A stretch of 63,612 nt of DNA, the filler included, from Chiloscyllium plagiosum (taxonomy: Eukaryota): NCBI RefSeq assembly GCF_004010195.1. It is 4 parts of one record of this genome, joined end to end, with 100 filler letters (N's around TTAATTAATTAA, not from the genome) between each part and the next. Parts side by side here need not be neighbours in the genome. Positions count along the whole stretch, not along the records: positions 62,014 to 63,612 come from NC_057711.1; 3 more parts are not named here. One strand, 5' to 3'. A program made the translations under genes and the position numbers. A model generated the notes under the pieces. The model worked only from the letters and a program-made list of their open reading frames with translations, was not told the DNA's origin and did not search any database. Position 1 is the first letter of the stretch, and every line of letters begins with the position of its first letter. Shown here piece after piece: positions 63,370-63,612 of this stretch.

Positions 63370-63612
63370 TCGGTCCATTTACATCAGCACCACTGCCTCC
63401 CGGCGCCAGGGAGCCGGGTTCAATTCCCAGCCTCGGGCGACTGTCTGTGTGGGGTTTGCACGTTCTCCCCGTGTCTGCGTGGGTTTCCTCCGGGTGCTCC
63501 GGTTTCCTCCCACAATCCAAAGATGTGCAGGTTAGGGTGGATTGGCCGTGCTATATTGTTCCGTAGTGCCCAGGGATGTGCAGGTTAGGGTGGATTGGCC
63601 GTGCTATATTGT
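63370..63612 (+). mobile_element. tRNA-derived SINE (HE1/V-SINE type) with 53-bp internal tandem repeat
   Basis: Box B gggttcaattcc; gatgtgcaggttagggtggattggccgtgctatattgt at 63522 and again at 63575. Confidence 0.88.

Overview
Repeat-dense vertebrate genomic DNA. The repeat complement (HE1/V-type tRNA SINEs, Deu-domain SINE minisatellite, abundant CR1, L2 and Penelope-like elements) points to a cartilaginous fish, most likely a shark. The only host gene I can support is AGTPBP1 (cytosolic carboxypeptidase 1/Nna1): five consecutive minus-strand exons with GT-AG boundaries and matching phases between 1347 and 17307. Its upstream exons are not visible. Three 100-nt spacers (N44-TTAATTAATTAA-N44) are artificial joins, so the four segments may not be contiguous. 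The rest is mostly nested, decayed CR1/L2/L1 LINEs, SINEs, an LTR, a MITE and at least four Penelope-like (PLE) families. The most interesting signal is RNA-level. Three PLE families end in minimal type I hammerhead-ribozyme motifs (CUGANGA...GAAA-NN-UH). The window also holds more than a dozen short (about 85-230 nt) non-coding pieces of these ends. Many have 12-16 bp target-site duplications, and several fold back into palindromes whose axis sits at the ribozyme core; one is a perfect 92-bp inverted repeat with a hammerhead core on both strands. A CpG-rich 232-bp tandem duplication at the 5' junction of a young CR1 is also unexplained. Repeat boundaries were read by eye and are approximate unless a TSD is quoted.
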